Part shown: positions 15,001-29,267 of the stretch, piece by piece
How positions within the stretch are numbered: the first letter of the stretch is position 1
How the letters are laid out: each line of letters opens with the position of its first letter
From: Piromyces finnis finn
Lineage: Eukaryota > Fungi > Neocallimastigomycota
Length of the DNA stretch: 64,000 bases
Direction: 5' to 3'
NCBI GenBank assembly: GCA_002104945.1
Contig: MCFH01000009.1
Span: 806,001 to 870,000, forward strand
Translations under genes and position numbers: made by a program
Notes under the pieces: model-generated
Seen by the model: only the letters and a program-made list of their open reading frames with translations
The model's database searches: none
What the model was told of the DNA's origin: nothing

Positions 15001-18000
15001 GTTGTACGACTTCTCTTATAAAGGGTATTCATGAGGAAGTTGCTAGCAATTTAGGTTTAAAAGATCGTGGTGTTAGCAGTATTATTACTTCTGATTATGA
15101 TGTACAAAGAATTGAGGAATTAGTAAGTATATTATAACTAAAGAAATTGCTTTTCATTTTGAATAAAAAAAAATTATATTAATTAAATTTTATCAATGAT
15201 TTATAGATTGATCAAAAATACTTTTTATCATGTGAAAATGATCCACATATTTTATTTGAAAAAGAATATACTAAAGATTACAGCGATATAATACAACAAT
15301 GCCCAGTATCACCTCCATTAAATATTGGAATGTTAGATTCAGCTATCGAGTTATATTCAAAACTATTTCCAATTCAGGGTTCCAATCACCAAGAAACTTG
15401 TAATGAATATTTTATAAAAGTTACAAAATATTTAGAAACTAAAATATGGCCTGGAAAAAAAGAGGCTGTTCAAACAAATTTAATTATTGCTATTCTAGGT
15501 GCACTTAAATATATTTTAAAAAATCAAGGTTCTTTAAAAAGTAATAAGGTTGCTTCTCAAATTCAAGATTTAATCTTAAGGTCATTATCTCATTCATCAT
15601 ATGTTATTAGAGCTATTTCAAGTGAAACAGTTGGTCGTCTTGCACAAGTAATGAATACTGCAACATTTACTAATCCATTAATTCAAGAATTAATTGATAA
15701 AGTTATTAACTTGAGGGATCCTGAAACTAGGTCAGGATGCTCACTTGCATTAGGTTGCATTCAAAGTCATATTGGTGGTATGGCTGGTGGATCTCAATTA
15801 AAAACGATTGTAGGTATTTTACATTCACTTGCAAGTGATCCTCATCCAATAGTTCACATGTGGGCCTTATATTCTGTTTGGTTAACAATTGAGGGCTCTG
15901 GTTTAATGTATAGTACATATGTTAATTCCACCCTTTCAATTATATCTAAATTAATTATGTCAGAAAGTCATGAACCAGTTGCTTCATTTGAAAATTATAA
16001 TACTATACACGCTGGTAATGCCGGTGTTTATCCAGCTTTGGGTAAAATTCTTTATGCGTTAATTGGTGTTATTGGTCCAGAATTAATTCTTTCCTCTACT
16101 CTTCGTGACCTTTGTTTCAACTTATATGAAGAATTTAAGAATGATTCAGATCCATTTGTTGTTGTTGAAGCTATTCGTTGTATTCAACATTTCATTCTTT
16201 TTTCACCAAAAAATTTAAATGTAGAAACTCTAATTCCATTCCTTCAATATCAACTCTCTAATGATAACAAATCACAGGTTCAAATATTACGTAAAGCTTG
16301 TGTTACTTGTCTTTATCAATTAGTACAACGTGAACCAGAATTAGTTTTAAGAAATGCAAACAAATTAGAAGAGCAACTCTTTGGTTTATTAGATATTGAA
16401 CCTGATAAAATGGTAAAAGATGAAATTAAAGATATTTTACTTAATCTTCTACGCCATGTTGGTCCAAAACACCCATCTAAATGGTTAGTTTTATGTAAAA
16501 TTATTCTTTCAAAAAGTGGTACAGTCGGTGGTTTATCTAATGATACTTCTACGGCTGTGGATGAGCAAGATGAGGATGATGAGGAATATTTTGCAAATGT
16601 AGATGAATCGGATAAGAAACCTTCTAAAGTTGTTCAATTCTCTTCTAAAGGTAAAAATATAGAAGTAGTTTTACTTCCAAGATGGAGAACTCATCTTTTT
16701 GCTTTGAATTGTTTAAGGGAACTTCTTAATGTTATATATAAAACTGGTATAAAGGCACATTATGATTTAAAAATTGCCCGTCAAATCCGTGAACAAGCAG
16801 GAAATGTAAATACTGACTTCTTAGTATTCAAATTAAATGATTTAATCCAAATGTCTTTTGGTACTGCAACAGCAGCTGTTATTGACTTAAGATTAGGTGG
16901 TTTGAATGTTTTACAAGATATACTTCAAAAATTTTCTGATTCGGAAGATCCTGATTATGAAGGCCACGCCTTAATCGAACAATATCAAGCACAAATATCT
17001 GCTGCTTTAACTCCGGCATTTACAAAAGATTCACCAATAGAAGTTACTAGTGTTGCTTGTCGTGTTTGCTCCAAATATATTGGAAGTGGTATAAATAAGG
17101 ATTTAAGTACTTTATCTCGTGTTTTAAAGAATATGAATCAATGTCTTATAAAATATACTTCTTCTCATATTAATGCTGACGACTCAAACGTTAATCAAAA
17201 ATCAAATGACAAAAGTATAAATAATAATTATAATGATCATAAATATAGTACTCATGCTTTACTTTTAGTAAGACTTTCTATATTAAGTTCATGGGCGGAA
17301 CTTCATTTAGCATCATACAAACATACCTTTTTAATTTCTGTTGTAAAACCTAATTTAAAATTATTATTATCTTTCTGGATTTCATCACTTTGTGAATTTA
17401 GTCGTCTTAAGCAAGAATCAGAAATGCATTCACCTTCATCTATGACTAGATTTAATGATTCACTTTCAGGAATATCATCTATTTATTTAGAATTTATTCG
17501 TAATATCAATTTACCATTCTATGAACATTCTTGGATTCCACTTATTCAAGCAGTAGCTAGTTTAATCAGTTCTACAGAAAAGGAAATTAATCTTATTATT
17601 AGACCTGAGTCTGTACCTCCAGAATATCCACCAAAATCCTTTTATATTCTTTTCGGACTTTGTATTTGTATGATTACAAATGAAAAATCATTTTATTCAG
17701 ATAATAATCAAATTATCAATAAAGAATTATTTAGTGATGAAAAATATTATGATAAAAACGAAATTATTGTCATTTGTTTAGATAGTATATTAAAATTCTT
17801 TAAACCAATATATGCTGGAACTAAATTCTTGTATGATGATATATTTTTCGAACTTTTAGTTATATTTGAAAGAATTTCACGTCAAAGAAATGTAAACATT
17901 CAATATCTAATCGTTGCCATATTAAATTTAATAGCCAAAAACTATCCAAATTTCTTTACTAGTCTTGATAGTGATGCAAAAGAATTAGTTATTGATGATA

Positions 18001-19247
18001 TTAATTATAATATTTCAGAAAAATTCTATTCTACTCTAAAACTTATATTTTACATTGTACTAGATTATTTAAATGTATATATAAATCCATTAGACATTAA
18101 CAAAAAGGATGGCTCTATGGCATCGCTAAATAATACAACAACTACAATTGATGAACAAAAGATTGATTTAATTTTATCTATATCAATGGAAACAATTGCA
18201 TTAGTATTTTCGTCTATTCAAGATATGGCAGTCCGTATTCAAATGATTCCATTGCAACTTTATATTTATAGTATAGTTAGTCAAATTAGACCATCAATTA
18301 TTTCCTCTATCATGATAGGTTTTAAATCCCAAATAGATACTTTGGAAATAGAACAACAAGATAAAGAAGATGTTCATAAACTTTATCAATCTATTCAAGC
18401 CTTTTCTAAAAACTTTATGGAAAAATTAGAATATAATAAGAAATCAAATGATAACAATTCAGATCAAAACTTGAACTATATTTTGATTGAAACACTTATT
18501 CTAACTTCCACGATAGTTACTGATGAAGATAGTCAATATAATCAAATACAAAAACAACTTATTAAGATTATGTTTAAATTTTTGGTAGATTCATTAGATA
18601 TTAATCAACCAGTGTATTCACAGCAACTTTTAAAATGTATATCCTCATTTGAAAATTTATGTAACAGAGAAGATAAACCAGCTATGAAAGCTATTGGAAA
18701 ATATTGTATAAAGTATTGTGTACCATATCTTGTAAATATTTTACAAGAATTTAATCAAGAAAAATTTTTAAATATTTCAAGAGATGAAACTCATAAATCA
18801 TTAATAGAACAAATTTTCCTTAATCTTATTTCTAATTATTCTATAATTAAAGAAGAAAAAGAAAAAATTGTTATACTTACAGTTACAATATGTTCATTGG
18901 CTAAATATGTTTGTGATTTACAACAAATGGATAGAAAGAGTTTAATTAATTTCAAAAATATAAATAAAGGAAAAATGCATACATTTGCTGTTCAAACTTT
19001 AATAAAATTAGCAACAGCTGTTCCTGTACATTTTAAGAGTATATTTGCTTCATTACCAGATAAAGAAAAAGAAAAAATTGAAATTGCTTTCCGAGTTAAT
19101 ATGAATACTAATGCTAATAATCAAAAAGAAAGGAATGATAACTATGATGATTTTAGTAGTGACTTTTCAGACTTTTCAGATGACGAAGATGTCAAACTTT
19201 CTAATCAAGAACCACAATTAAAAATTAATTTTTCTGATTTTAATTAA
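12045..19247 (+). CDS. LAA1: HEAT repeat-containing protein 5 (HEATR5/Laa1/Sip1, AP-1 accessory factor), multi-exon
   Basis: N-terminal QELYVFQWLSNLEKELKK and PSRPTRKLIARCF, plus internal DPETRSGCSLALGCIQSHIGGMAGGSQLKTIVGILHSLASDPHPIVHMWAL, LPRWRTHLFAL and LIEQYQAQISAALTPAF, all matching my recollection of HEATR5 family blocks. GT-AG introns join the ORF-track pieces. Confidence 0.9.
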
Positions 19248-19577
19248 ATATTATATAATTTTCTTTCTAAAAAAAAATAATAAAATAATTCTATCAAATA
19301 TAGAAAAATTATAATTATTATTTTAATTATTATTTTCATTTTAATATAACAGAAAGTGTTTATAAAATAGGATTTATAGATATTTTCTATATGAGAATTA
19401 ATCAATATTATTTTTTAATTTTATTATTATATATATTTTCCCTATATTTTAAACATTGAAAGAGAAAATTATAAAATAATAAAATTCTTCATTTTCCATA
19501 TATAAAAATAACTAAAGATAAATAAATAAATAAATAAAAAAATAAATAAAAACTTTTATACATATTTTCTATTTTAA

Positions 19578-19619
<42 letters not shown>

Positions 19620-19952
19620 AAAGAAAAGATATAGTTATAATAATTACCTAATAAAAATAATACATCACTCTTAAAATTTATATAATAAAAAAAAAGGAAA
19701 TAATTTTATTTAAATATTTTAATCTTGCGTAGTATTATTTACCAAATATTATATTAAAATATTTAATAAATTATAATATTTAAAGTTTTAAGTTATAAAT
19801 ATTATAGAATAATTAAAAATCAAAGTGTTATATACACTTTAAAGATATAAAAAAAATATAAAAATCAAATGAAAACAATAAAAAATACTTTCGAATAAAA
19901 ATAAAATTAATAAAAAATAATAAATTTTATAATTTTATATTATATCATTCAA

Positions 19953-22717
19953 ATGCAATTATTAGGAATTGTTTTAGTATGTTACTCTAGTCGAGGTCAT
20001 CAATATGTTTTTGGATATCCCACAAATCCATCATATAAATCTGCTGCAACATTACCTTCCCCAAAAGTACCACCAATAAATTTAATTAACTCAATAAATT
20101 ATTCTGATAATAATTTTCAAGTACAATCTGATTCATATACAAGCACATTTTCAGAAAACTATGGTTCTCAACAACATAATTTATCACAATCTAATCAACT
20201 TTTTCCCTCTCAACAAATAAGTGGTAGTTATAAAAGAGTGAGTGAAATGAATTTGAAAATGAAATCAAGTAAAGATAAAATTAGGAATTCTTATAAAACT
20301 GATAATAATATTATCATGAATAAAAAAGATTTAAATAGAGAATTAAATTTAAAACCAAATTTAATTAATAAAATGAAAGAAACAAGTATTCCAAATAAAA
20401 ATATGCAATTTACCACTAATAATAAGCTTAACAATACGAATGAAATTAGTAATTATAGAAATCATAATAATAATCTTCATAATAATAATATACAACCTCC
20501 TAATAGATTAAAAAAAACAAATAGTAGTCATTCTACTCATACATCAATCATAAATGAAGGAAGAAATAACACTAATTCAACTAATAATCATCATAATCAA
20601 CAGGAAAAGTTTTTAGGATATGATACACAATTTCTTGCTGATATTTTATCACCAAAATCTGCATTGTGTGATCAAAAATTTCAACTTACTATAAATAATT
20701 TAACATTTGTTGGTCATCCTACACTTATTAATTCAGATAGTACCCATCAAAAAAATAGTATTTTAAATCGTTATTTAAAAAAGAAATTTGAAAAGAATAT
20801 GAACAATATTAGTAGCAATAGCAATAGTTCAAACAACAATATCAACCAATATAACATTATTACAAAATCTGATAAGATAAATAATACCAGATATGCGCAT
20901 TTAAGTAAATACTTGTATTATTTATATTTCTTTCTTTTATTGATTTATTAATATATATTTTGAATATTGTTTATTTATTTTTATTATTTAGTGTCATCAT
21001 CACCGACAAGTTCACATTATAATTCAATAGACACAGATAGTGCAGGTTCAGATGAAGAAGAAACAAATAAAAAAATGTTTTCTAAAAAAGATGCAACTAA
21101 TTTAACAATGTTTCATGTTGTTTTCATTATAAAGCCATCTGATGAAAAATCATTTGATAATGAAATAGAAAAATTATATAAAAATGTAATTTTAAAGTTA
21201 AGTCATGGATTACAACATGAACAAAGATATCGCTCATACGTTATGCAGCAAATTGATTTAATTTTAAGTTTAAAAGATGAATCATATGAGGGTTTGTTAA
21301 TGATTAAGTTAAAATAATAATATATATATTATTATATATATTACATTTTCTTTTTTGTTTATTAAAAATAATAAATAATTTTACCATATTATTTTATTAT
21401 AATAGATTCCAGTCAATTAATGGATTGTATTTTACATCAGAGCTCTCTAGCTCATGATCTTGCCACTGTCTATGATGCATTAATATCAAATAAAATTGCC
21501 CATATAGTAATAAATAATTCAGTAGATTTATCTCTACAAATTCCTCCTTCATTACCATCGTTTGAAGATAATGATGAAATAATACTTTCAGAGGAGCAGA
21601 TATTAAACAATGATGCATCTTTTCCAACTCTTAGACCGTATCATGCATTATTGCTTTTAGAAGATCCCGAAGAAATTTTTAAATCTTTCCCAAAGGATCC
21701 TTCACCAACATTGGTTGAATTAATACAAGTCGTAACACCAATGCAATGGTATTTTCATTATTGTGTTATTGTATCAATTATATAATATGTATTTTTTTTT
21801 TAAAAAAAAACATATATATTAAATTAATTAAAATATCAATATTTTTAAAGTTTTGAAGAATTACAAAGTATTTTAGATTGTTCTTTATCACATATCTATA
21901 AATTAGCTGCACATTTGGTATATTGGAGAAAAGCAAGAATTATTGATGTCATAAGTATTAGAAACGTATATGTAATATCACCAAATGCTAATCTAGACAT
22001 GTATGTAATTTATTAATACATAACATATATTAATTTTGTAATAAATAATAAAGATTATTAATTTCAAATATTTATTAATTGTTATAACCATTATAAAAAA
22101 TAAAAAATGAAAAGTCTTCCAGAACTATGTAAAGATTTTGAAAATCATTTTCCAGGTACAGATTTATTATCAATATTTTCAGAACTTTCTATACCAAGAC
22201 CATTTTCTTCTGTTATACCTTCAAAAGATCAGCGTACTCTTTATCTAGAAATAATAACATATTTCTTGCGTCATAACCTTGTTACCCAATTACATATGTA
22301 TATATATTTATCAATTTCACAAGAAATTAAAAAACGAACAATATATTCACAATCTTCCACAGAAAATGAGGAATTTTCTTCAAGCGATAACAGTAGTATC
22401 ATACTAAATCCATCAGAAACCTCAGATATTGAGAATGAATGGATAAAAATGCTTGCTTCAACCCAATCTCCAGCTGAATCAGCATTATTTTTAAGGTATT
22501 TGAATTATTCAATTTTTATTTTATTTTTTTTTTTTTCACCATAGTATAAAATATTAATTAAAATATAAAATTAATTAAATTTAATAGACTTTTACCATAC
22601 TTTACTGGAAAATATCACGTTGAAGAAATTATATTTAGAGAAAACCTTACAAGAAAAGATTTAAAAATAATATTAAGTAAATTTAGAAATGAACTTATTA
22701 CAATTTTACATCAGTAA
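19953..22717 (+). CDS. NPR3: Nitrogen permease regulator 3 (NPR3/NPRL3, GATOR1/SEACIT subunit), multi-exon
   Basis: MQLLGIVLVCYSSRGHQYVFGYP, LADILSPKSALCDQKFQLTINNLTFVGHP, LRPYHALLLLEDPEEI, KLAAHLVYWRKARII and RLLPYFTGKYHVEEIIFRENL. TAA at 22715-22717. Confidence 0.9.
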
Positions 22718-23533
22718 TAAGTAGAATATAAAATAGTAATATAAAAGATTCTATTATAATTATAATTACAAATAAAGAGTTAAATATAACTATATAATTT
22801 TAAAACTATGTAAATAATGAATAAATATATGTTTAAGTATATTTTAAACACGTGTAGTATTTTAAAATGATTGGATATAAAACTTTTGAAAGATAATATC
22901 TAATATAAAAAGAGGCTGACTTTTCTTTTTTTCAAAAAAAATATTAAGCTATATTGAAAATATGCTATTTGTAAATAATATATTATTTTAATAATTAATC
23001 TTCATTAAATATATTATTTATTGTTTATTATTAAATAATTTTTATTTTTATATCTTTTTAACTTAATAAAAATTATTTTTTCAATATTAGATTTAAAAAA
23101 AAAATATATAAATTTTTAATTATTTTTAAATTTATAAAAATATAAAAAAAACATATAAATAACATTTATTCTTACTAAAACAATATATCAATAATTAAAA
23201 AAAAATATATAAATGTATAATATCTTTTTTATTTTATATATATATGAATTAATAAAAAAAGAAGAAAATTTATTATATAAAGTTGAAAAATGGAATAAAA
23301 CAAATAATGGAAATATAATATTAAATAGAAAAATTATGAATGATAATAATAAAAAAATATATATAAATTACGAATAAACAAATTTGTTCTTTTTTTCTTT
23401 TTCTTTTCTAATTTTGATATAAATATTTTTTTTTTTTTTTGGTATATTATCCATTATTCAATGAAATATTATTAATGTTTTAGAATTATATTTATTAATG
23501 TTGGGACTTTAAAGAAAAATAATACTATCATTT

Positions 23534-23572
<39 letters not shown>

Positions 23573-24017
23573 TTCCTTTCTTTTTTTTATTATCTTTTTA
23601 TTTTTTAATTTATCCTTTTTTTTTTTTTAACTTTTATATATAAATTTATAATGTATTTCTTCTTACTTTAAAAAAAAAAAAAATAATAAATAAAATATTT
23701 CCATAGTACAGCGTAATATAGAAAAAAACAAATATTCAAATTCAAAGTTTTTAAATATTAATGTAAATAATCTTTAATAACAACATTTGAAATTAAAATT
23801 ATAGAAATTATGAAATTATATGATTTAAATTATTAATAATAAATATAATAATTAAATAAGAATTGAAGAACAGCAACAAATTGTATTATATAAATATTTT
23901 AATAAAATCTTATAAAATGGAATTTTAAAAATAATAAATTAATTTTAAATTAATAATACTAATTATAAAATATTGATTATTAATATATTTTAATAAAATT
24001 ATTTTAGAAAGATAAAA

Positions 24018-25381
24018 ATGTCAAATACTATTGTGGTAAATTTTAATCTCTATAGTAATAATAAATGAATCAATAAAATACACCTAATTAATCATAAAAA
24101 TAAAAATAAAAATAAAAATTATACTTCATAACAATTTAAAAATAGACTCATGTTTATAAATGGATTATAGACAATGTTGTAGAAAATGTCAAAAAAGATT
24201 TTTCTAGTATGGGTGTTGAAGAAAGTATATTGCAGGAATTTCAAAGAGTAAGATATAACTTACAATAAATATCATATATATACAAATTTATACATTTTTA
24301 AACAATTCAATATAATGTTAATATATTAATAAAATATATAATCAGAATTGGGAAACTAAAGTAATAAATTCTAAAGTTGCTAATTTTCAAAAATTTTCTG
24401 TAAATGAAGATTATTATGCTCAACCAACATATGATCAATACCCAGCTGCAGCAACTCAAGATATAATTAATCAAAATAATTACCAATTTGCTGTAATAAT
24501 CTATTAATTTTTTTTTTTTTTTTTTTCCTTTAAAAAAATAAAAACACAATAATTGCTAAATTCATCTATAATTAAATGAAATATATTTTTTAAAATACAA
24601 AAAGCATTTCAATGATTCTCAATATTCTGTCCCACCTGCATATCCAACAGTTCAAACAACAAAAGTTGAACCAATTCCAAATCAAGTAAAAATTAAGCAA
24701 TTCAAATATAGATATATATTTATATAATATTAATTATAAAAGGTTTTAATAATAAAATAATTACATTGATAAATAATAGATAAATTCTCAATCATCAAAT
24801 ATACCACAAACTGATGGTACAAATGATGAATTAACTACTGAAGAAATAGATAAAATTATTGAAAAGAAAATTTTGGAATGTAATAATGAAAAAGAAAAAG
24901 AAAAAGGAAAGGAAATTTCACAAGTAGATGGTGAAGATGATGAGGAGGATGAAGATCTTAATGTAGCTATATAATATATATAAAATTAAGCTTAATTATC
25001 TTTTTAAAAATTCTAAATATTATATATTATATTTAATAGTATGATGATAACATTAATTCAGATTTAGATGATGACGATGATGACGATGATGATAACGATG
25101 AAAACGATCCAGAACATTTAATATTATGTCAATATGAAAAAGTAAATATTAGTTTTTTATTTTTTTTTCTAATAATAATAAATAAAAATAACACCAAACA
25201 GTATAGATGAAAATGACTGTAATATTTAATAATATAGTAATTTTAATTTTTTTTTATTATAATATTTTATAAGGTAACAAGAATTAAGAATAAGTGGAAG
25301 TGTTCACTAAAAGATGGTATTATTAACGTAAACGGAAAAGATTATCTTTTCCAAAAAGCTACAGGAGATTTCGAATGGTAG
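24018..25381 (+). CDS. TOA1: Transcription initiation factor IIA large subunit (alpha/beta), multi-exon; absent from the ORF track
   Basis: MSNTIV-THVYKWIIDNVVENVKKDFSSMGVEESILQEFQR-NWETKV, an acidic linker, then HLILCQYEK-VTRIKNKWKCSLKDGIINVNGKDYLFQKATGDFEW*, the canonical TFIIA C-terminus. Confidence 0.93.
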
Positions 25382-26126
25382 ATTTACTAATACCAACCAA
25401 TTTTTTATATATAGACAATAAAAAAAAATATATATATTTATATAAATACATACATGCATTTAATGTATATATTTAAAAATATTTTTTTTTTGTTTGTTTT
25501 TTTTTTTTTTGTTTTGTTTTAATTTTATTTTAAATTTTAAATATATCAACAATTATGTTAGCAATTCTATTGATTCCAAAATATTAAATTATACTATTTA
25601 ATTAACCACAAAATAAGAAAGTATTAATAAATTCACATATAAATTACACATATTCTTTAATATATTTAGTGTTACATTGTATTATTATATAGTTAATAAT
25701 ACAATAAAAATAATTATGTATTATGTTATAAAAGCCCTTTTTATTTATTTATTTATTTATTCCAATTCTTTTTCTTATGTTTTTATAATATGTCTATATA
25801 TTATTATCATTTATTTTTTTTTATTTTTTTTTTTACATAAAATAGTAAAATAGGTGAAAGAATTGTTAAAGTTTCCTAATAAATATATTTATTTATAAAA
25901 ACTTATATATAAAACACTAATAATAATAATAATAAATAAATAAAAAGAAAATAAAAAATAGAAAAAAAAATGAAAAAAAATTTTTTTCCATTTCATTATT
26001 ATGATATTACTATCATATGGATTTACTTAGTTAAAAAAAAAAATTGATAATAAAACAAAAAAGTATAAAATAGGTAGATAGATAGATAATATTATATAAA
26101 ATTTTTGTTAATTTTTTTTCTGAAAA

Positions 26127-29100
26127 TTATGAAAAGATTCTCATTAAAGATCTTTTGAAACATTCGGTTTGAATATCAAAACTTTGATCATCCTATATAT
26201 GAATTATATAAATATATAAATTATTAATGGTTGTATTTGTAATACATGATTTAATATAATTTTTAAATTATATACTTTAAAGATAAACTCCTCTGGATTT
26301 TCAACTAAATATGACCAAGCAGCTTGCCATTTTTCTATAATATCTAACATGCTTGTTAGTGATGATTGTTCACTTTTATTATTATTAGCATTTAATGTGT
26401 TTGGTGAATTTGACGGGACGCCTTCTAAACCAAAAATAACTTGTTGCTTTTTAGTAGATACTTCTCCTAAGTTAGATAAATCTTCAACAGGTAATACTCT
26501 AGCTAATGAAGCAGCAGTCATTGGATCAATAACACAATCAGATAATATTCTATGAGCAACTTTAATAATCATTTGAAGTAATTTTAACCTTCCTGGAGAT
26601 AATCTTAATAATAATCGTATAGTTTCAATCTCTGACTTTTCTTGTTCGTAAAAATTCGCGGCAAATAATCCTTTTTCTTTTCAAAAATATATATTTATAT
26701 AAGTCAATAATGAAGTTAATTATAACCACATATACATAATGCATAAATGATTTTAATTAATAATTAAAAACATAAATTATAAAATTATTTTATTATATTA
26801 CTATTATTTTTTTCATTTTGATCAGTAATTCTATCAATAATATTCATTAAAGCTAGTTGTATTGAATATGGAATTAAACCACCTGGAATGGTTTTTATTA
26901 ATGATTTTATATGACTAGCAACTACAATACAATCAACATAAAATGGTATATTTGTATTGTTATCTTCTGACCGACGTTCTAAATATATTTTATACTGGTT
27001 TTCTTTGTATTTTAAAAAACCTTCACTATCAATATTTCTTAGTTCCTGTACTCTTGGTGATATTCTAAACCATCTACTAGATCTTGTATATTCTACATAA
27101 AAATATTTTTTTAGATAATAAATAAAAATGTTTAAAGTTTTTAATATTGTATTATATATATATATGTTTAATTTTTTTTAAATAAAAAATGCCAAAAACT
27201 GTTGTTTATATATATACCACTTTCAGGAATATCTGCACTACATAAATATTCTGTTGAAAGTTGAACTTCATTTATAATGTCCTCTGATATTGGCTTAGAA
27301 AAACTTTCGATACAATTTCTAAATGATAAAAACATTTCTGAAGGCAAAATAGCTGAAACTGGTCTTTGTTTTAAAAAAAATTATCATATAAAATTTAGCA
27401 TATTATTAAAATGTAATACTTTATATACACATTATATTATAATAAATTAAGAATATAATATATACTTTGAAAATATATATTCGAACTGTAAGGCTAAAAG
27501 CATTGGTAATCCATCCTCGGCATTTATAACAGATAATGAAATTTCAGACTCTAATGACATACTATTTTTCATACTATCACTATCATTTATTACTTCTCCA
27601 GGAAATGCAGTTGAATTAGAATTAACCGTAGTTGAGGAACTAACTAAATTAGATTGAACATGAGATATTTTTAATCCCTTAGAAAAATCATTTACTAAAC
27701 TGTTAATGGATGCTGGAAGGGAATTTAAATTATTAAAAACTGAATTATTATTCATATTTGTAGTAACTGTAAAAATACCAACAGAATTATATTGATTTGC
27801 AAAATTTCCTGTGACATTACTATAAATATTATTATTTGAAGTTAAAGTGCTATCACTTCTATAGCAATCCTCTAAATTTTCGTTAATATTACTTTTAAGA
27901 GGTTCACAGAAAGCAATTTGTTGATTAGATCCATTATAAATATTTGAATTACAAATTGATCCAATATTGGCTTCCATTATTCTATTCTTAAATTTATCTT
28001 TTAATTCAATTTTATATACTATTCTACATAATGTTTCTGCAATTCTATTCCAAACTTTTTCATCTGTTCTTGCTTGATCTAAACTAGAAATAATCCATAG
28101 TTTATCTCTTAATTCTATTAAAACAGGTTCAGGCTTGGTAGTATATTTTTAATAATGGTTAAAATATAATCAAGAATAGTTCAACAAAAATTTTGATAAT
28201 ATTAATACTGAATTCAAAAATTTTTATTTTTTATTAAAAGTATTTTTACCAATCTTAATTCGACTAAAAATCCAATTAATAAGCATAATCTATGCAAATA
28301 CCACCAAGGAGAATCTTGAGATTCTTTATTTAAAATAACATTTTGACATTTTCTTATTAATCTCTTAATCCATTGAATAGGATTATATTGCTCCTAATTA
28401 TTATAATAATATTACATTTACATTATTCATTATAAAATTTCACTATAAATTTAAAATTTTATATATAATTATTTCAAAATAATTGCCTTTCTTGTATCTG
28501 CTCCGGGGATTTGAAGAGTTGCTGGATCTGTAACACCCCAGAATATTCTTTCTTTTAACTCAATTTGTTCAATGATAGATTCATATGAATATACATCTGC
28601 AATAACCCTAAATACAACAAATGGAGCTTTTGAATTTACAAAAATAATTTAATCATATATATATATTTATATATATAAATTGAAATTAATTCTTATTTCA
28701 ATAAAAATAAATATATTTATTGAAAAATTTTAAAGAGTTTATCATACCACAATTCTGATAAAATAAACGACTTAAATACACTGTATTTGTCTGACCATTT
28801 CCAACAGAAAGAACTGACATTCTATCATAAATATCATTCATTTTTTCTAAGCCATCTCTTGATACACATTCCTATTGTTATAATTATACGAAATAGTATT
28901 TAAATTTAAACATATATAGATAGATATAATATATCATTATACATCATTATATAGCATTTTTTTTAATTTAGATTATCATAAAATATGAATATTATAAATG
29001 ACATATTAAATTATATTTTTATTAATGTATGTATATTATGAAAAAATTTTAACTCACGCTTTTAAGTATTTTTTTATTTTTTCTATTAGTTGGGATTAAT

Positions 29101-29267
29101 GAACGATAAACCGATTTTAAAATTGTTACACCTTTTGAATTTGAAAAGTTTTTTTGCTGAGATTGAGATTTATTTGAAATATAATCATAATCTCTTATAG
29201 CTGAAATAGGAGTTGTTTGTAATGAATTTGAATAATTTAAATTAACATTTTGTTGTGGTTCCTCCAT
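26127..29267 (-). CDS. RhoGAP-domain protein, multi-exon
   Basis: C-terminal exons give DLVEWFRISPRVQELR (Arg-finger-like), SHIKSLIKTIPGGLIPYS and LLLRLSPGRLKLLQMIIKVAHRILSDCVIDPMTAASLARV, which follow the RhoGAP pattern FR...K.F.R.LP.PLIP...NKMT..NLA.V. Last exon reads DDQSFDIQTECFKRSLMRIFS*. Confidence 0.7.
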
